Positions 62,398-64,000 of a stretch of DNA of 64,000 bases are shown here, piece by piece. Origin of the DNA: Dimorphilus gyrociliatus. Lineage: Eukaryota; Animalia; Annelida. The stretch is from positions 609,498-673,497 of the forward strand of contig CAJFCJ010000004.1 of the NCBI GenBank assembly GCA_904063045.1. The letters run 5' to 3'. The position numbers and the translations under genes were made by a program. The notes under the pieces are model-generated. The model was not told where the DNA came from. It made no database searches and saw only the letters and a list, made by a program, of their open reading frames with translations. Position 1 is the first letter of the stretch. Each line of letters starts with the position of its first letter.

Positions 62398-63990
62398 ATG
62401 GCCAAAAGAACTGCCGAAAAAGACCTGAACAGAGATAACTGGGATCAAGATGAAGAAAAAGTATGGAACATTTTTCATGTACTTGACTTATTTAACATAT
62501 ATTTTATAATTATAAATAGGAAGAAGCTGGAGTATTTAAAAGAGCTGCTGATAGTGAATTACAAAAGCGCGTTATAAAGCATGCTAAGAGATCTAATTTG
62601 GTTAGTATTTATAATCGGGTTGTAATCTAAAACATCTAAAGTAAGCTATTTCTTAGGGTGCTGAAAAACCAACAGGACTGTTTAAATCCGTCTCTCTTAT
62701 AAACTCAGATGACTCTAGCAAAGAAAAACTTTTCGAATTTGGAAAGAATACTAGCTCAGCCGCAAATTTTACATTTGCGTTTAATGACCCAAAGAAGAGC
62801 ACACCTGATGTTACGCCAACAACAACTGCACCGGATGTCACCAGCGATATCAGAAATCCTCCTGATGTCGCTAAGGAGAGCTTATCTATAAAGCAATTAC
62901 CTGATGTAGCAATGGAATCATCTGGTTCTTCTAACAATGAAACTGCAGAATTAAAGGCTGCTATTCGTGAGTTAAACTCATCCTTTAAGAAATGGATCGA
63001 ACAGCAGTTGAAAGAAGATGAACTTATCAACATTGCCCCTTCATGTCAAAGTTACATCGATCATATTGCGAAATTGAAATCCAAATATTCAGAATTTTCC
63101 AAAATATTTGTAGAAAACGGAGGAAGTCTACCAAATGGAGGAAAGAATTCATTTTCATTTAATAAACCAGAAAAAGAAAAGAGTAAGTAAAATCTTTGAA
63201 AATTAATGTTCAAAGAATAAAAGAACCTTGTTGTAAATGCAGAAGCAGCGGAAGGTCCAAAGCTGACCTTTCATATAAAGGACTGTGACACCAAAACACC
63301 ATTTAGTAATTTAAAGCGTAAGTTAAATAATATCTCTTATTCAGAATGAGTTATGATTGAATTGTGAAAATATTATCCTTTTTGCTTAAAGCTGTTGACA
63401 CGAGTACTTTTAAATTTGGACCTACTTCTTCCACAAGTAAGTAATAAACTAATATTAGGAATTCTTGTGAATTTACTTGCAATCGCTTTTTTTTCCAACT
63501 ATAGCTGATAAAACACCCCAGACAAGCAAAAATGATAACGAAGAGGACTACGTTCCGCCTGAACCTGAGAAAAAGGTCCTTGCGGAAGAGGGATCTAAAT
63601 TTTCCGTGAAGTTCGTTATATTTAACATTTCTAGACTTTATAAAATTGTTAATATTATCCACCTACAGAGTGAAAATGTACTTTATGATAGAAAAAACTT
63701 GGATGGATAGAGGTACTGGAATGGCATTTCTTAAACCTCTAGAGAATAGTGCACAGCTGATTGTTCGAGCAGAGAATACCTTAGGTACAATTATGCTCAA
63801 CAATGTATTAAAGAAGGAATTGAAAATGACCAAATCTGGAGATAAAGCTTTTAGCTTTGTAACTGTACCAAATCCTCCAGTAGAACCTAAGAATCCGGAA
63901 AAAGCATTTCCGATTTTGCTTCGTGTTAAAACTAAGGAATTACGAGATGAATTTTTGAAGAACATTGACGAAATGAAAAATACGGAATGA
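62398..63990 (+). CDS. NUP50: Nucleoporin Nup50 (about 405 aa)
   Basis: Exons 62398..62460, 62520..62600, 62657..63182, 63243..63317, 63392..63436, 63505..63610, 63669..63990. N-terminal MAKRTAEKDLNRDNWDQDEEKEEAGVFKRA...KRVIKHAKR, FG/FxF motifs, central helical segment, C-terminal RanBD (WMDRGTG...QLIVRAENTLGTIMLN). Confidence 0.92.
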
Positions 63991-64000
63991 TCAAATGAAA

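Noticed and set aside
1-64000. CRISPR arrays, transposase/RT ORFs, rRNA, spliceosomal snRNAs
   Set aside because: No regularly spaced repeats, catalytic motifs or recognisable RNA sequences were seen by eye; short non-autonomous elements cannot be excluded without a repeat library.

Overview
AT-rich eukaryotic (animal) genomic DNA with many 54-70 bp introns. Protocadherins plus this compactness suggest a compact-genome lophotrochozoan such as a meiofaunal annelid (inference only). I reconstructed 14 protein-coding genes by hand from splice signals and reading-frame continuity: the 3' part of exportin-7; an orphan 3-exon gene; three divergent 7-EC protocadherins (one on -, two on +) in about 28 kb of otherwise gene-poor DNA; a VWA-EGF-EGF-mucin-TM receptor; a divergent profilin; an atypical rhodopsin-class GPCR; SKP1; EFCAB10-like; a Fos/ATF3-like bZIP; CDK9; alpha-catenin; an HRC-like Cys-rich ER protein; and NUP50. 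There is also a tRNA-Cys(GCA) and several microsatellites. No transposase/RT ORF, rRNA or CRISPR array was recognised. The most notable signals are: (1) each protocadherin has the same 10-bp palindrome GTCACGTGAC in a putative promoter, within a landscape of CTCF-like motifs, and the nearly tail-less PcdhB has a splice donor phase-compatible with the tail exon of PcdhC; (2) alpha-catenin has two tandem-duplicated alternative last exons; (3) the GPCR seems to need a non-canonical GT-TG intron; (4) the gene set recalls human 5q31-q35 linkage. All coordinates were counted by hand and no database searches were run.
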